A stretch of DNA of 64,000 nt from Gammaproteobacteria bacterium (GCA_022712945.1 JAFLJP010000104.1:144-64143); one strand, 5' to 3'; shown: positions 30,879 to 42,175, counted from the stretch's first letter. Notes: a model not told the origin generated them from the sequence alone. Program-made: numbers and translations.

Positions 30879-31860
30879 ACTAGCCTGGCCAATGCTCGCA
30901 CTGCTACTGCCACTACCCTGGCTGCTGCGGTTACTGCTGCCCGCAGCCAAAGAACAACAACGGGCGGCGCTGAGAGTCCCCTTTTTCAACCAGCTACAAC
31001 AACTCAGTGCACAACAGCCTTACCATGCAGCTCCGCAACTGAGCCGTTCACCGTGGCTCGCCATACTCATCTGGCTCTGTTTGATTATGGCAGTGGTACG
31101 CCCACAGTGGCTGGGAGAGCCGGTAGCGACACCACTCACCGGGCGTGATCTACTGATGGCGGTGGATGTCTCCGGCAGTATGGAAGTGCCCGATCTCAGC
31201 CTAGGCGGTGAACAGGTGGATCGCCTGACAGTGGTCAAAGTGATTGGTGGTGAATTTATTCAACAACGTTTGGGGGATCGTGTCGGGTTGATACTATTTG
31301 GCACCCAAGCCTACCTGCAGACACCACTGACCCATGATCGCCATACCGTCACCCAGATGCTCTATGAAGCGCAGATCGGCATTGCCGGTAAAGCGACTGC
31401 CATCGGCGATGCCATCGGGCTCGCCATCAAACGACTACAGGATCGACCAGAGCAGAGCCGGGTGCTGATTCTGCTCACCGATGGTGACAATACCGCCGGT
31501 GAGGTCGACCCCCGGGAGGCGGCACAGCTGGCGGCGGAGAACGACATCAAAATCTACACCATCGGCCTCGGTGCCGACAGCATGCGAGTGCCCGGTTTTT
31601 TTGGCAGCCGCACGGTTAACCCATCCGCAGACCTTGATGAGCAGCTACTCAATGAGATTGCCGAATTAACCGGTGGACGCTACTTCCGTGCCAAGGAGAG
31701 CACACAGTTGAGTGAAATCTATCAACTGCTAGATCAACTGGAACCCTCAGAAGGTGAAAGTGAATACTATCGCCCCCGCGAAGAGCTCTACTCCTGGCCA
31801 CTGGGTTTGGCTCTACTCTTGTCACTGTTAATGGCCTGGCGTCGAGGAGTTGCACAATGA
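30871..31860 (+). CDS. VWA-domain protein (BatA-like)
   Basis: MIDAS DVSGSM, TAIGDAIG, LLTDG; ATG at 30871. Confidence 0.9.
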   Translation: MFELAWPMLALLLPLPWLLRLLLPAAKEQQRAALRVPFFNQLQQLSAQQPYHAAPQLSRSPWLAILIWLCLIMAVVRPQWLGEPVATPLTGRDLLMAVDVSGSMEVPDLSLGGEQVDRLTVVKVIGGEFIQQRLGDRVGLILFGTQAYLQTPLTHDRHTVTQMLYEAQIGIAGKATAIGDAIGLAIKRLQDRPEQSRVLILLTDGDNTAGEVDPREAAQLAAENDIKIYTIGLGADSMRVPGFFGSRTVNPSADLDEQLLNEIAELTGGRYFRAKESTQLSEIYQLLDQLEPSEGESEYYRPREELYSWPLGLALLLSLLMAWRRGVAQ

Positions 31861-33710
31861 CCTTCGCTATCGATTGGCAAAGCCTACATCTGCTACGCCC
31901 CTGGTGGTTGCTGGCACTGCTACCCGCATTCTGGCTGGCCTGGCGCAGCTGGCGCGCGCAAAACCGCAGCAGTGACTGGTCAAAGGTAGTTGATGCGGAA
32001 CTACTGCCCCACCTGCTGGAAGGCGAACAGAGCACCCGCCGCCGCTTCTGGCCCCTGCTTATGCTCTGCGGCTGGGTTATCGCCACACTGGCGATCAGCG
32101 GCCCGGCGTGGCAGAAACTGCCCCAATCACTCTATATGCAGGAGTCGGCGCTGGTGATCCTGCTCGACCTGTCACGCTCGATGGATGCCAACGATCTCAC
32201 CCCCTCGCGCCTCACCCACGCCCGGCTCAAAATACTGGATATTCTGGCGCAACGTCACGAGGGACAGACCGGGTTGGTAGTCTATACCGATGAAGCCTAT
32301 GTGGTCTCCCCGCTCACCGATGATAACCGCACCATTGCCAATCTGGTGCCCGCACTCAGTAGCGAAGTGATGCCCTCCCAAGGCAGTCGACTCAGTGTGG
32401 CAATTGAACGGGCCAACAGACTACTTGATGATGCTGGCTTTCAAAAGGCACAGATGTTGGTGGTCAGTGATGGCGTCAGCGACCAGCAAGCCTTCACCCT
32501 TGCTCAACAGCTCGCCAGCCAAAACCGTACCCTCTCAGCACTGGCTATTGGTAGCCAACAGGGCAGCCCGATCCCTCTGAGCAGTGGCGGTTTCCTGAAA
32601 AATGGTGACGGAGCCATTGTGATCAGTAAAGCCGACCACGCTTCGCTCCAGCACCTCGCGGTACTTGGTGGCGGACGCTACACCCCCCTGCGCCACGACG
32701 GCAGTGATTTGACCACCCTGTTCCCAACCCAACAGCAATCACTTGATAAGGGAGTCGAAAGTGAACGTCAGCAGAGCCAACAGCAGTGGCGTGACGAAGG
32801 GGTCTGGCTACTGCTACCCCTGCTGATTTTTGCCGCCTTCGCCTTTCGCCGTGGCTGGCTCTTCTCAGTTGTTTTCTGCGCGCTGTTGATACAACCTCAG
32901 ACCAGCTATGCGCTGACGTGGGATCACCTATGGCAGAGCCGTGATCAGCAGGCTGCCAGCACAATGCAGCAGCAACAGTTCCAACAAGCGGCAGAGCAGT
33001 TTGAAGATCCACTCTGGCGAGCCACCGCACTCTACAGAGCCGGCGACTACCAACAGGCAGCCGAGCTGCTCAGCCAATACAATACTGCTGATAGCCACTA
33101 CAATCGTGGCAACGCCTTGGCCAAAGCGGGCCAATTACCGGAAGCGATTGCGGCATATCAAGCGGCGCTGGAGATTGACCCGGCACACCAGGATAGTCAG
33201 TTTAATCTGGAGTTACTGCAATCACTGATGGCGCAACAGGATCAACAATCCAACAGTGATCAACAGGGTGATGAGGGTGAACAGCAACCAGGAGAGAGCC
33301 AGCAACAGGGGGAAGATGGCGAGCACCAATCGCAACCTGGTGAACAGTCAGGAGAGCAGTCGGGCGAGCAACAGCCCGCCTCCTCTCAATCATCTCGTTC
33401 AGAGGAGAGCCAGAACTCATCAGAGTCAGAGCAGGATGAGTCGGCTGAAGAAGGTGAAAATACAGCACAAACCGCCCAACAAGCGGAAGATCAAACCGGT
33501 GATGAGAGCGATACCGAACAGGCTCAACAGGCAGAGCTGCAGGAGAACCCCCAAAGTGAATCCGATGCCGCAGCAGAGGAGCAGGCGCAATATTTACAGC
33601 AGTGGCTGCGCCGTATTCCCGACGACCCCGGCGGCCTGTTACGTCGCAAATTTGAACAACAACATCAGCAACAACAACCTCAACAGCGTGAGGAACACCA
33701 GCCATGGTAA
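31857..33710 (+). CDS. VWA plus TPR protein (BatB/BatC-like fusion) with a Q/E-rich linker
   Basis: DLSRSM, YNRGNALAKAG TPR, WLRRIPDDPGGLLRRKF terminus. Confidence 0.88.
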   Translation: MTFAIDWQSLHLLRPWWLLALLPAFWLAWRSWRAQNRSSDWSKVVDAELLPHLLEGEQSTRRRFWPLLMLCGWVIATLAISGPAWQKLPQSLYMQESALVILLDLSRSMDANDLTPSRLTHARLKILDILAQRHEGQTGLVVYTDEAYVVSPLTDDNRTIANLVPALSSEVMPSQGSRLSVAIERANRLLDDAGFQKAQMLVVSDGVSDQQAFTLAQQLASQNRTLSALAIGSQQGSPIPLSSGGFLKNGDGAIVISKADHASLQHLAVLGGGRYTPLRHDGSDLTTLFPTQQQSLDKGVESERQQSQQQWRDEGVWLLLPLLIFAAFAFRRGWLFSVVFCALLIQPQTSYALTWDHLWQSRDQQAASTMQQQQFQQAAEQFEDPLWRATALYRAGDYQQAAELLSQYNTADSHYNRGNALAKAGQLPEAIAAYQAALEIDPAHQDSQFNLELLQSLMAQQDQQSNSDQQGDEGEQQPGESQQQGEDGEHQSQPGEQSGEQSGEQQPASSQSSRSEESQNSSESEQDESAEEGENTAQTAQQAEDQTGDESDTEQAQQAELQENPQSESDAAAEEQAQYLQQWLRRIPDDPGGLLRRKFEQQHQQQQPQQREEHQPW

Positions 33711-35389
33711 AACCACATCAGCTCTGTTTACTGGTGATGCTACTCATCACCAGCCTGTCGCTACAAGCCGCCACTTTGCAGGCCACCGTCGATCGCAATC
33801 CGATCAGCGAAAACGACACCGTACAACTCATTTTGACGCTACGGGATTACGACGGCCCCATCACCCCCGATCTGACCGCACTGGAAGGGTTGTTCGATAT
33901 TCTGGGCAGCCAGCAGAGCAGTCAAGTCAGCATCATCAACGGCCGCATGGACTCCACCAAACAACTGCATATCACCCTCGCCCCCAAACAGACAGGCAGA
34001 CTGGTGATTCCCAGCATCGACATCGGCACGCTACAAAGTCAGCCGATCACCCTGCAAGTGGTTAAATCTGCTAGCCAACAGGCGAGACAGATCAGTGACA
34101 TCGCACTTGAAGTTGAGGTAGATAACACCACCCCCTACCGACAACAACAGGTGATTCTCACGGTACGCCTGATTCACACCATCAACCTGGCGGAAGGGGT
34201 ACTTCCCGACCCGGAAATTTCCGGCGTTGAGATCTATAAACTGGGTGATGACAACGGCTATCAAACCGTAAAAGATGGCCGCCGCCTCGGAGTCATTGAA
34301 CGCCGTTATGCGCTATTACCACAACAGAGCGGCGAGGTGACAATCCCCAGCATTCTATTCCGTGGCCGCGCACAGGAGCGGAGCATGGGCAGCTTTGGTG
34401 GCCTGTTCAACCAGGGGCGGCAGCTACAGGCACGCTCCAAGCCCATCACCCTCAAGATCAAACCGCAGCCCCAACGCAACAGTGGCATCCCCTGGCTACC
34501 GGCCAAAAACCTCACCTTGCAGGCGGAGTGGTCACCCAAACACCCACAATTCAGAGTGGGTGAACCGATCACCCGCACCCTGACCCTGCAAGCGCTCGGC
34601 CTCAGCGCCAACCAACTACCCGAGCTTTCACTCACGCCCCAGGAGGGGTTTAAGGTCTATCCAGATCAACCCCAACTGGAGACCGACACCCACCAACAGG
34701 GTGTCATCGGCACCCGTATTGAGAAGTATGCCATTGTCCCCACCAGGGTAGGGGAAATTACTCTTCCGCCGATCAACCTTACCTGGTGGAATAGTGAGCA
34801 GAACAGGCTCAGCGTGATCAAGCTACCGGCAGAAACTATTCAGGTGCTCGCCGCCACAGCAGAGAGTAACCCCACAGCACTCCCCCTCCCAGCGGTCAAC
34901 AACACCGAAAGTGCCACCACCATCATTGATAACAGTACCCTGTGGCCCTGGCAGCTCGCCAGTGCCCTGCTCGCTCTGGCATGGCTGATCACCCTGTGGT
35001 TATGGTGGAAAAAATCCCCACAACCCGCACCGCTAGATCGCCGACAAACAGCCGGCAGTAGCAGCGCGCTCCGGGTCAACCTGAACGACATTGCCAACAC
35101 CTGTCGCCATAACCAGCCCGAAAAAGCGCGGGATGCACTACTCGCCTGGGGAGAAGCCCGCAACCCGCAACAACCACCCCACACTCTGATCGAATTGGCC
35201 AAACAGCTTGATCAACCACAAGCCCAACAAGCACTAAAGCAACTGGATGAAATCCTCTACAAAGAGCAGAAAAATTGGGATGGAAATGCATGCTGGCAGG
35301 CAATTGAAGAGGCGTTGAAAAAGGCCAAGAGTGAACACAAGAACACAGACAGCAGCAAACTACCGGGACTGTATAGTGCACCACGGTAA
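33704..35389 (+). CDS. BatD-family protein
   Basis: Signal peptide, ATVDRN, ERRYALLPQQSG, WLPA, VGEPITRTL; last gene of the MoxR/Bat operon. Confidence 0.85.
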   Translation: MVKPHQLCLLVMLLITSLSLQAATLQATVDRNPISENDTVQLILTLRDYDGPITPDLTALEGLFDILGSQQSSQVSIINGRMDSTKQLHITLAPKQTGRLVIPSIDIGTLQSQPITLQVVKSASQQARQISDIALEVEVDNTTPYRQQQVILTVRLIHTINLAEGVLPDPEISGVEIYKLGDDNGYQTVKDGRRLGVIERRYALLPQQSGEVTIPSILFRGRAQERSMGSFGGLFNQGRQLQARSKPITLKIKPQPQRNSGIPWLPAKNLTLQAEWSPKHPQFRVGEPITRTLTLQALGLSANQLPELSLTPQEGFKVYPDQPQLETDTHQQGVIGTRIEKYAIVPTRVGEITLPPINLTWWNSEQNRLSVIKLPAETIQVLAATAESNPTALPLPAVNNTESATTIIDNSTLWPWQLASALLALAWLITLWLWWKKSPQPAPLDRRQTAGSSSALRVNLNDIANTCRHNQPEKARDALLAWGEARNPQQPPHTLIELAKQLDQPQAQQALKQLDEILYKEQKNWDGNACWQAIEEALKKAKSEHKNTDSSKLPGLYSAPR

Positions 35390-35533
35390 TCAGACACCCA
35401 GCCGAACGATTATTGCGTTAGTAATCAAAACCTTTTCGTGGTAAGCTCGAAAACTGGTCATGACAGATTTTGATAAGTTCTTGGGGGAGAATGAATCTGT
35501 CATCAAATGGAATGGAGAAAAGGTGGGTAAACT

Positions 35534-35824
35534 ATGCAACAAACCAATGAAGTCGTAAACAAACCCTTTCAACGTGGACGCCACTATGCGGTTTTGGAAG
35601 TGGAAAAGACCGATAGTCCAATAGAAGATAATCCTGAAACGTGGTACCGCTACGTTGTCAACGATGGTAACTCTACCATTACCGGCCTACGCTGTGGCAC
35701 CAAGAAGCAGGTAACTGATTATGCAAAGAAATTTGCCAAAGATCTAAATGAACGGGGTACCAGCAGCAGCTCGGTTTGGGCAACACGCAGTGCGGCCAAA
35801 CCAGCTCAAGCTAAGTCATCTTAA
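35534..35824 (+). CDS. Hypothetical protein (96 aa)
   Basis: Clean ORF with RBS-like AGGTGG and a downstream terminator; no recognised domain. Confidence 0.7.
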   Translation: MQQTNEVVNKPFQRGRHYAVLEVEKTDSPIEDNPETWYRYVVNDGNSTITGLRCGTKKQVTDYAKKFAKDLNERGTSSSSVWATRSAAKPAQAKSS

Positions 35825-35830
35825 AGTAGT

Positions 35831-35984
35831 TAAGGGGCGAGCACGGAATAACTTATGCAATTATGACGCAGAAATTTTTCTCCAGTTCAAAGGCGCATAG
35901 CTGGCCTACGTAACGATTGAGATCGTTTGAACTGGGGTAAAAGATCAAGTCAGAATGTAGACGTTATTTCGTGATCGCTCCTAA
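35831..35984. mobile_element. MITE-like element, family E (TAA-flanked)
   Basis: TAA-GGGGCGAGCACGGAATAAC ... GTTATTTCGTGATCGCTCC-TAA; lies between a stop codon and its terminator. Confidence 0.72.
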
Positions 35985-36009
35985 GGGGGAGCTAACCGCT
36001 CCCCTTTTT
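35985..36009 (+). terminator. Intrinsic terminator
   Basis: GGGGAGC-TAACC-GCTCCCC-TTTTT. Confidence 0.78.
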
Positions 36010-36031
36010 CTTGCCAAAACCTTCCTGATAG

Positions 36032-36169
36032 GTAACTACTCAGCGTGTTTAGATTTTGCCTCAAATCGAGGCATTTTCGCACGGAAAGAGGGAGCATATA
36101 GGACATATGTGACCGATTGAGTACGAAAATAACGAAGAGTTGAGGTAAAAGATGAATAGTGACCCTTAC
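36032..36169. mobile_element. MITE-like element, family B, inverted copy with a decayed right end
   Basis: Aligns along its length with the reverse complement of 13736-13877. Confidence 0.8.
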
Positions 36170-37539
36170 TATTTGATAATTTTATAACACGGCTCATAAA
36201 CCTTTCCAGGCAGCTTCATGCGGTGCCTTTCAACAAATGATGTGAGCAGTACATCCATTGCCTCCATTATCTCCGGCTCTCCACGAAGCTCAAAGTGACC
36301 AAACTCATCAATCGCCCTGATCCCCTCATCCTTAACGTTACCCGCCACAATCCCCGAAAAGGCACAGCGCAGATTAGCCGCTAACAGGTGATTGGGTTGA
36401 TCACGATGCAGTGCCAGATTCAGCATATTTTCATGCGTCGGCTCAAATGGCTTCTGAAACACATGCTCAATTTTAAGCAGCCAGTTAAAATAGTAAGCAT
36501 CACTGGTGGCCCGGCGGAACTGACGCACCTCTTCGATACCTGCCTTAATCTCCTGAGCAACCCGTTCGGGATCACCAACGATAATTTTATAACGCTGCTG
36601 CGCCTCCGGACCCAGGGTCAAGCCAATGAAGTTATCAATTTCATTAAAGTAATACTCCGAATTTTTTGGCCCTGTTAATATAAAGGGAAATGGCATGTCG
36701 GCATTGTCAGGGTGAAGTAAGATCCCTAATAGATAAAGGATTTCTTCTGCGGTTCCAGCACCGCCGGGAAAGACTACAATGCCGTGTCCGCTTCTGACAA
36801 AGGCTTCGAGTCTCTTTTCAATATCGGGCAAAATAACCAGATTATTGACAATTGGGTTAGGTGACTCTGCGGCAATAATGCCTGGCTCAGACATACCAAT
36901 ATAACGCCCACCGGCAATACGTTGTTTGGCATGGGCGATAGTGGCCCCTTTCATCGGCCCTTTCATCGCCCCTGGGCCACAACCGGTACAGACATCGAGA
37001 TGCCTCAAACCCATCTGATGCCCCACCTCTTTGGTGTATTCATACTCCTCACGAAGAATCGAGTGCCCCCCCCAACAGACCACCAGATTGGGATTGGGAT
37101 CAGGCTGTAATACCGAGGCGTTACGCAGAATATGAAACACTGCGTTGGTGATCCCCTCTGAGCTATCAAGATCAAACTTGGGGTTTTCATCTATCTCGTT
37201 GCTGACATAAATAATATCCCTTAAGACAGCAAACAGATGTTCATTAATCCCTTTGATCATCTTGCCATCGACAAAGGCACTTGCTGGCGCACAGTTCACA
37301 TCCAACTTCACTCCACGCTCCTGCTGAATAATCTGCACATCAAAACAGGGGTAACGCTCAAGCAGCTCTTTTCCATCATCCAGTGTGCTGCCACAGTTAA
37401 GTACCGCCAACGAACAGCTTCTAAAGATGTTGTACAGTCCACCCTGGCTAGTATCGAGCAGTTTTTCAACCTCAGCCTGGGAGAGTATATTCAGATGGGT
37501 TTCAGGTGTAATACGTGCGTCAATCAATTCATGTGTCAT
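36169..37539 (-). CDS. ppnN: Pyrimidine/purine nucleotide 5'-monophosphate nucleosidase (LOG family)
   Basis: VVCWGGHSI, TGCGPGAMKGPMKGA, PDIEKRLEAFVR, FPGGAGTAEE, MKLPG. Confidence 0.93.
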   Translation of the reverse strand: MTHELIDARITPETHLNILSQAEVEKLLDTSQGGLYNIFRSCSLAVLNCGSTLDDGKELLERYPCFDVQIIQQERGVKLDVNCAPASAFVDGKMIKGINEHLFAVLRDIIYVSNEIDENPKFDLDSSEGITNAVFHILRNASVLQPDPNPNLVVCWGGHSILREEYEYTKEVGHQMGLRHLDVCTGCGPGAMKGPMKGATIAHAKQRIAGGRYIGMSEPGIIAAESPNPIVNNLVILPDIEKRLEAFVRSGHGIVVFPGGAGTAEEILYLLGILLHPDNADMPFPFILTGPKNSEYYFNEIDNFIGLTLGPEAQQRYKIIVGDPERVAQEIKAGIEEVRQFRRATSDAYYFNWLLKIEHVFQKPFEPTHENMLNLALHRDQPNHLLAANLRCAFSGIVAGNVKDEGIRAIDEFGHFELRGEPEIMEAMDVLLTSFVERHRMKLPGKVYEPCYKIIK

Positions 37540-37589
37540 ATAACAACCTTTACGTTTTCAGGATAAAAAATAGGGTTTTCTAGTTTTTA

Positions 37590-37653
37590 GAGGTCTTTGC
37601 ACGAAAAACAGCCTTTATTCCAACAAGGAAAATACGCACCGTGAAAAGGTCTC
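37590..37653. mobile_element. Mini element, family F (IS5-family, IS1106-like ends)
   Basis: GAGGTCTTTGCACGAAA ... GTGAAAAGGTCTC with TTTA flanks; interior similar to 60511-60572. Confidence 0.65.
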
Positions 37654-38171
37654 TTTATGGTGTAATAAACGTAGGTATTTACAAATACTCTCTGTCCGTT
37701 ATCGGGGAACTTAATTAAACCTTAAACCGCTATTTTTATCGGGCTTGGAATAAATTCATTGTAAAATCAATACTCAGCTATTCAGCAACACACCCGGGGG
37801 ATTTTTCTCCAACAAAGCAAAGATGGTCGAAAAGCTGGAGTTTACTGGAGTTAATGGAGCCGTCTCAAAAAACCAAAATCAATTTTCAATCAATCTCGCA
37901 AAATAGCGACCCCGAGTAATCACACTAATTACAAGGCATCCGACCGCTTCGTTTTATATAGCCGAAGGGCATCAATATATTCAACGTTGCGACTGACTAA
38001 AGCTGACTGATGGGGTTCATAACGGTGGTGTGGCAAGATGAAAAGTTGGCGCTGTAAAATCCGTAGCGATCAAATGGCTGCATTTTCTGGGTAATCGATT
38101 AAATCACTTTCTGATTAAAACAACCCAAGAGACTTGGGTATTCCAATGGAACGTCTATTCAACAAAGCAGA

Positions 38172-38645
38172 TTAAACAACCACCTCACAGCATGGATGAA
38201 TACTCATTGCTTGATGATCACGAATAAGTAACTCTTTTGAAGCCTGTGTAGGAAAATCAATGACCTTCATTTGTAATTCAGCCGAAGAAATCAAGCTTCC
38301 ATCACGTCTAATTTCGATTTTATTGGTAGTCATGCTGCCACATGATGCCGTTATTTTTACTTGGCAGTTCAATTGATCACCCGGTAAAACTGGCCGTAAA
38401 AACTTACAGTTAACCACCTTGGTTAAAATAGCCATCTCACTAAACCCAGAGATAGCCATTGCTAGATGCCCTGCCGATTGGGCCATCACTTCAATAAGCA
38501 GTACTCCGGGCACAATAGGATGCCCTGGGAAATGTGCATCCAATACTGGGGATGACTCTGATATACAAGTCTGGCTCAAAATAATACCTCGTTCAGTATC
38601 AATTTCTAATATCTGATCAAGCATCTTAAACTTTTCTATATTCAC
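38172..38645 (-). CDS. FabZ/FabA-like hot-dog dehydratase (cluster-specific paralogue)
   Basis: HFPGHPIVPGVLLIEVMAQ, KFLRPVLPGD; distinct from housekeeping fabZ at 51914. Confidence 0.85.
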   Translation of the reverse strand: MNIEKFKMLDQILEIDTERGIILSQTCISESSPVLDAHFPGHPIVPGVLLIEVMAQSAGHLAMAISGFSEMAILTKVVNCKFLRPVLPGDQLNCQVKITASCGSMTTNKIEIRRDGSLISSAELQMKVIDFPTQASKELLIRDHQAMSIHPCCEVVV

Positions 38646-38775
38646 TCTAAATCCCTTTGTTGGAAGTAAAAATGGTGATCAAAATTGCCATTAATATTTA
38701 CAATTAAACCTGTGTTAGATTTGTATTTACCCTCACCTAAAACACCGATGGTTGGTACAGGAAGAAAAACCCGCA

Positions 38776-41112
38776 CTATATCGACTCATCCGCCATCGTC
38801 ATTTGGCCCGGCTTCTCCCCCGGTAAACGCCTTAAGAAGGTGAGTACCAATGCCGGTAACAGCAGCAAATCAAACAGCAGTGCAAATACAATAGTCATAC
38901 TGGTTAAGATACCCATCATCGCGTTTTTCTCGAAGGATGATGTTGCTAGCAACAAAAAACCAATCACTAAGAGCACTGAGCTGATAATGATCGCCTTAAC
39001 TGTTTTATCAAAGGTCTCTTGAACACTCTGTTCTGGTGTTAACCCTCGTTTGAGCCCATCCACATAGTGGTAGAGAAAATGCACCGTATCATCCACAATA
39101 ATACCAATCACCATGGCCGATACTCCGGCCAAACCCATGGAGATTTCACCTTGCAGAAAATACCAAACACCGAATGCTGCGCCGACAGGTAATAGGTTAG
39201 GAATTAAGCTCAGTGCTCCGATATATAACGAGCGAAAAACGAATGCCAGTGCAATTGATATAACCAAAAAGGCCAATGAGGCTCCCTGCAACAAACTAAT
39301 GATACTTGTTTCCCCAATGTGAGAAAAAATCACAGCAGGGCTGGAGTGAATAATTGAAATGCCATTAACTTGGTTTTTTTGTAACCAGACTTCTACCGAC
39401 TCTTCAAATCGGATAACTTGCTGTGAACTCATGTTATTAAGCCGTGCCGTTATCTTAAGTGATGATTTATCAAAACTCACTTGATTACCAAAATCCTTAC
39501 CAAAAGGGAGCGACATCTCATAGAGTAGGAAGTGTTGCGCGGCTAAATTGGGGTTATCTGGCAAACGATAAAAAGCGTCATCATCACCATTCATTAAACG
39601 ATTAATCAGCTTTATACGGTGCAGTGGACTGTCTGTAATGACAACCTCATCACGACTTAAAAGATAGCGATCAAAGGCTTCTAAAAATTCAAGAAAATCG
39701 GATTGGAATATTCCACTTTCCTTGCCGGATGAAAGTGAATAATCGATATTGTAGATCCCTGAAAAATGCCGATCAATCTCTTCGGTATCGGCACGAAAAT
39801 CCACTGATTCGCTAAAATACTTAATCAGGTTATCATTCAGTTCATTATGAAAACTCATTGATGCAAGTAATAGTGAAAAGGGCACCATAACGAACAGAAT
39901 CCATTTTCTTGAGTTGATAATCCAACTCGATACAGAGGTAATATGATCAATTCGTTGATATGCCATACCCTTGGCACGGTCTAGCGTTATCTTCATCAAC
40001 AGTTGAGGTAAAACAGTCAGTGAAAGTAACAGAGAAAATGCCACACCTAACGCAACAATATTACCCAAATCTCTGAAGGGTGGTGAGTCACTACTGTTCA
40101 TGGCAATAAAACCAATGATAGTGGTGAGATGGCTAATGATCACTGGCTTGATATTACGTTGGTAGGAGTGTTCGACCGCTTGTTTCTGCGTCATCCCTAA
40201 ATTAACTTGTCGCTTTATATAACTAATAATATGAATCGATGAAGCGACAATAACAGTGAACATAATAATAGGTGCCGACACCGATGGTGCGGAAAGCTTG
40301 ATACCTAACCATCCCGCTAAACCCAACGAACCCAGTGCAGATAGCAGCATCAGTAAAAGAATAGCACCTGCCGCAGGCAATGAGCCTAAAATGATGCCCG
40401 CTGCCAGTAATACAAACAGCATCATTAATGGAATGAGTGTGACAAAGTCCTGCTTGGCGGCCTTAAAAAAGGCACCGTTCATCTCGATAATACCGGTGAC
40501 ATAAAAGTGATGTTCAGGATAACGCTGTGTTAGTTGGGCAATCAGCTCATCTACTTCATGAGTGATGCTTAATATTTCTGCTTTATGGTTAATGCCCGGT
40601 AGCATTACGGTGGCATTAATCGCACTGTAACGACCATCTTCCGTAATCAAACTGCCAAGTAGCTCTCGCTCTTTGGGTGCATGCTGCTTTATAAAATTGA
40701 TACGTTGCGGATCTAGATCATCTCGATCAAATAGAAATTCCTCGATAACGATATCATCGCCATCAGCACTGCTATGGGGATAATTTGTCAATGAATCGAC
40801 ACGAGTCACATGAGGGACCAGCCACAGCTGCTCCGTCATTTCATGTAATAGCGAGAGACTTTTTTGATTATAAATATCGGAAGGTGACTCCACCATAATG
40901 AAAACATTTTCAGTGGTGGTATAGGTATTCTGCATCTGCTCTAGTAATTGAAGACCGGTATCATCTTCATCAAAAAAGACTTTATAATCACTCGCCAGGC
41001 TCATGTTTTTTAAGCCAACAGCGGCAATAATGGTTGCCACTACAGCCCATAACCACAGCCACTTCCCCCAGCGTGAGAAAAGCAGTTGAGTCACCCATTT
41101 TTCATTATGCAT
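38776..41112 (-). CDS. MMPL/RND-family lipid transporter
   Basis: Two repeats of TM, periplasmic loop and TM bundle; SHLTTIIGF, LIPNLLP, GIIVDDTVH. Confidence 0.9.
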   Translation of the reverse strand: MHNEKWVTQLLFSRWGKWLWLWAVVATIIAAVGLKNMSLASDYKVFFDEDDTGLQLLEQMQNTYTTTENVFIMVESPSDIYNQKSLSLLHEMTEQLWLVPHVTRVDSLTNYPHSSADGDDIVIEEFLFDRDDLDPQRINFIKQHAPKERELLGSLITEDGRYSAINATVMLPGINHKAEILSITHEVDELIAQLTQRYPEHHFYVTGIIEMNGAFFKAAKQDFVTLIPLMMLFVLLAAGIILGSLPAAGAILLLMLLSALGSLGLAGWLGIKLSAPSVSAPIIMFTVIVASSIHIISYIKRQVNLGMTQKQAVEHSYQRNIKPVIISHLTTIIGFIAMNSSDSPPFRDLGNIVALGVAFSLLLSLTVLPQLLMKITLDRAKGMAYQRIDHITSVSSWIINSRKWILFVMVPFSLLLASMSFHNELNDNLIKYFSESVDFRADTEEIDRHFSGIYNIDYSLSSGKESGIFQSDFLEFLEAFDRYLLSRDEVVITDSPLHRIKLINRLMNGDDDAFYRLPDNPNLAAQHFLLYEMSLPFGKDFGNQVSFDKSSLKITARLNNMSSQQVIRFEESVEVWLQKNQVNGISIIHSSPAVIFSHIGETSIISLLQGASLAFLVISIALAFVFRSLYIGALSLIPNLLPVGAAFGVWYFLQGEISMGLAGVSAMVIGIIVDDTVHFLYHYVDGLKRGLTPEQSVQETFDKTVKAIIISSVLLVIGFLLLATSSFEKNAMMGILTSMTIVFALLFDLLLLPALVLTFLRRLPGEKPGQMTMADESI

Positions 41113-42175
41113 CTGCCACGCACTCCGTGGAGAGATAATGGTCTAATTCAGTCATGATATGGTCTACATCCTTCTCCACACCCATGACTAATTCAGATGC
41201 ACGACAACTCAGCCATTTTCTACCGACAATAAAAAAACCTGACTGCGGAGTAACGCCATACTCATGCATATAACCGTTGTCATTTACACAATCGGGCAAG
41301 GCAATCCATTGCACATTGTCGCGATAACCACTACACCAGATAACCACATCAACTTGTTGCTTACCCCCATTCTTGAAATAGAGTTTATTACCATCACATT
41401 TGACGGTTCGCTCTACGATGTTGACACCCATCTCACGCAAACGTTTGTTATTAAAGTCAGCACAAGGCACTGGGTTACGCTTTTGTAACACGCGTGCCAC
41501 CGCACTCTCTTTATCCGCAAAGAGAATACCGAGTTTTTTAAGCCACCAAAACAGATCCTTTCCGAGTACCTTATTGGGTGGTAAACCACGCTTACTTCCA
41601 GTCGAGAGTGTGACATGAGACGTTTGACTCAGTGCGCCTGCAATTTGCCTTCCCGTGGCACCACTCCCGACCACGACCACTTGACTACCCGCTGGCACAT
41701 CAGCAATAGAGGGCAGCATTGCATCCAACTGCAATACCTCTTCTGATAGGTTTTGGCTTATCTCAGGAATCTTCGGTACTTGGTTGGAACCCGTTGAATC
41801 AACAATCGATTTGGCCCATAAGGTTTGACCATCACTCAGTGATACTTTAAACAGCGCCCCTTCTCGCGAAAGCTGCTCAACATTGCACTGTTCAAGTATG
41901 TTCAGCTGCATTGCTTTTGCATACGCCTGCAAATAGTCAGCCATCTCTATAGCACTGGGGAACCCTTGCGGGTCACCCGGAAAAGTTAAACCCGGCAGCG
42001 AACAAAACTGCCTAGAGGTAAAAAGAACCATTCCTTTCAGACGTTTACGCCATACATCGCCCACGCAATCACGGTCAAGCAACCGATAATCCAGCCCTTT
42101 CTGCTGTAATTTCCTTGCGGTATACAGCCCGTTTTGTCCCGCACCAATTACGATACACGCCAATATGTTCATCAC
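41105..42175 (-). CDS. Flavin-containing monooxygenase (class B, CzcO/ArsO-like)
   Basis: VIGAGQNG (FAD), GDVW..R...LFT, VVGSGATG (NADPH), IWCSGY. Confidence 0.82.
   Translation of the reverse strand: MMNILACIVIGAGQNGLYTARKLQQKGLDYRLLDRDCVGDVWRKRLKGMVLFTSRQFCSLPGLTFPGDPQGFPSAIEMADYLQAYAKAMQLNILEQCNVEQLSREGALFKVSLSDGQTLWAKSIVDSTGSNQVPKIPEISQNLSEEVLQLDAMLPSIADVPAGSQVVVVGSGATGRQIAGALSQTSHVTLSTGSKRGLPPNKVLGKDLFWWLKKLGILFADKESAVARVLQKRNPVPCADFNNKRLREMGVNIVERTVKCDGNKLYFKNGGKQQVDVVIWCSGYRDNVQWIALPDCVNDNGYMHEYGVTPQSGFFIVGRKWLSCRASELVMGVEKDVDHIMTELDHYLSTECVADA

Noticed and set aside
33202-34065. Long alternative-frame ORFs (167 and 269 aa) over the Bat genes
   Set aside because: Shadow frames of the low-complexity Q/E-rich linker, with no motifs or RBS.
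37654-38171. tRNA or integration att site at the island edge
   Set aside because: No cloverleaf, T-loop GTTCRA or direct repeat matching the other boundary was found.
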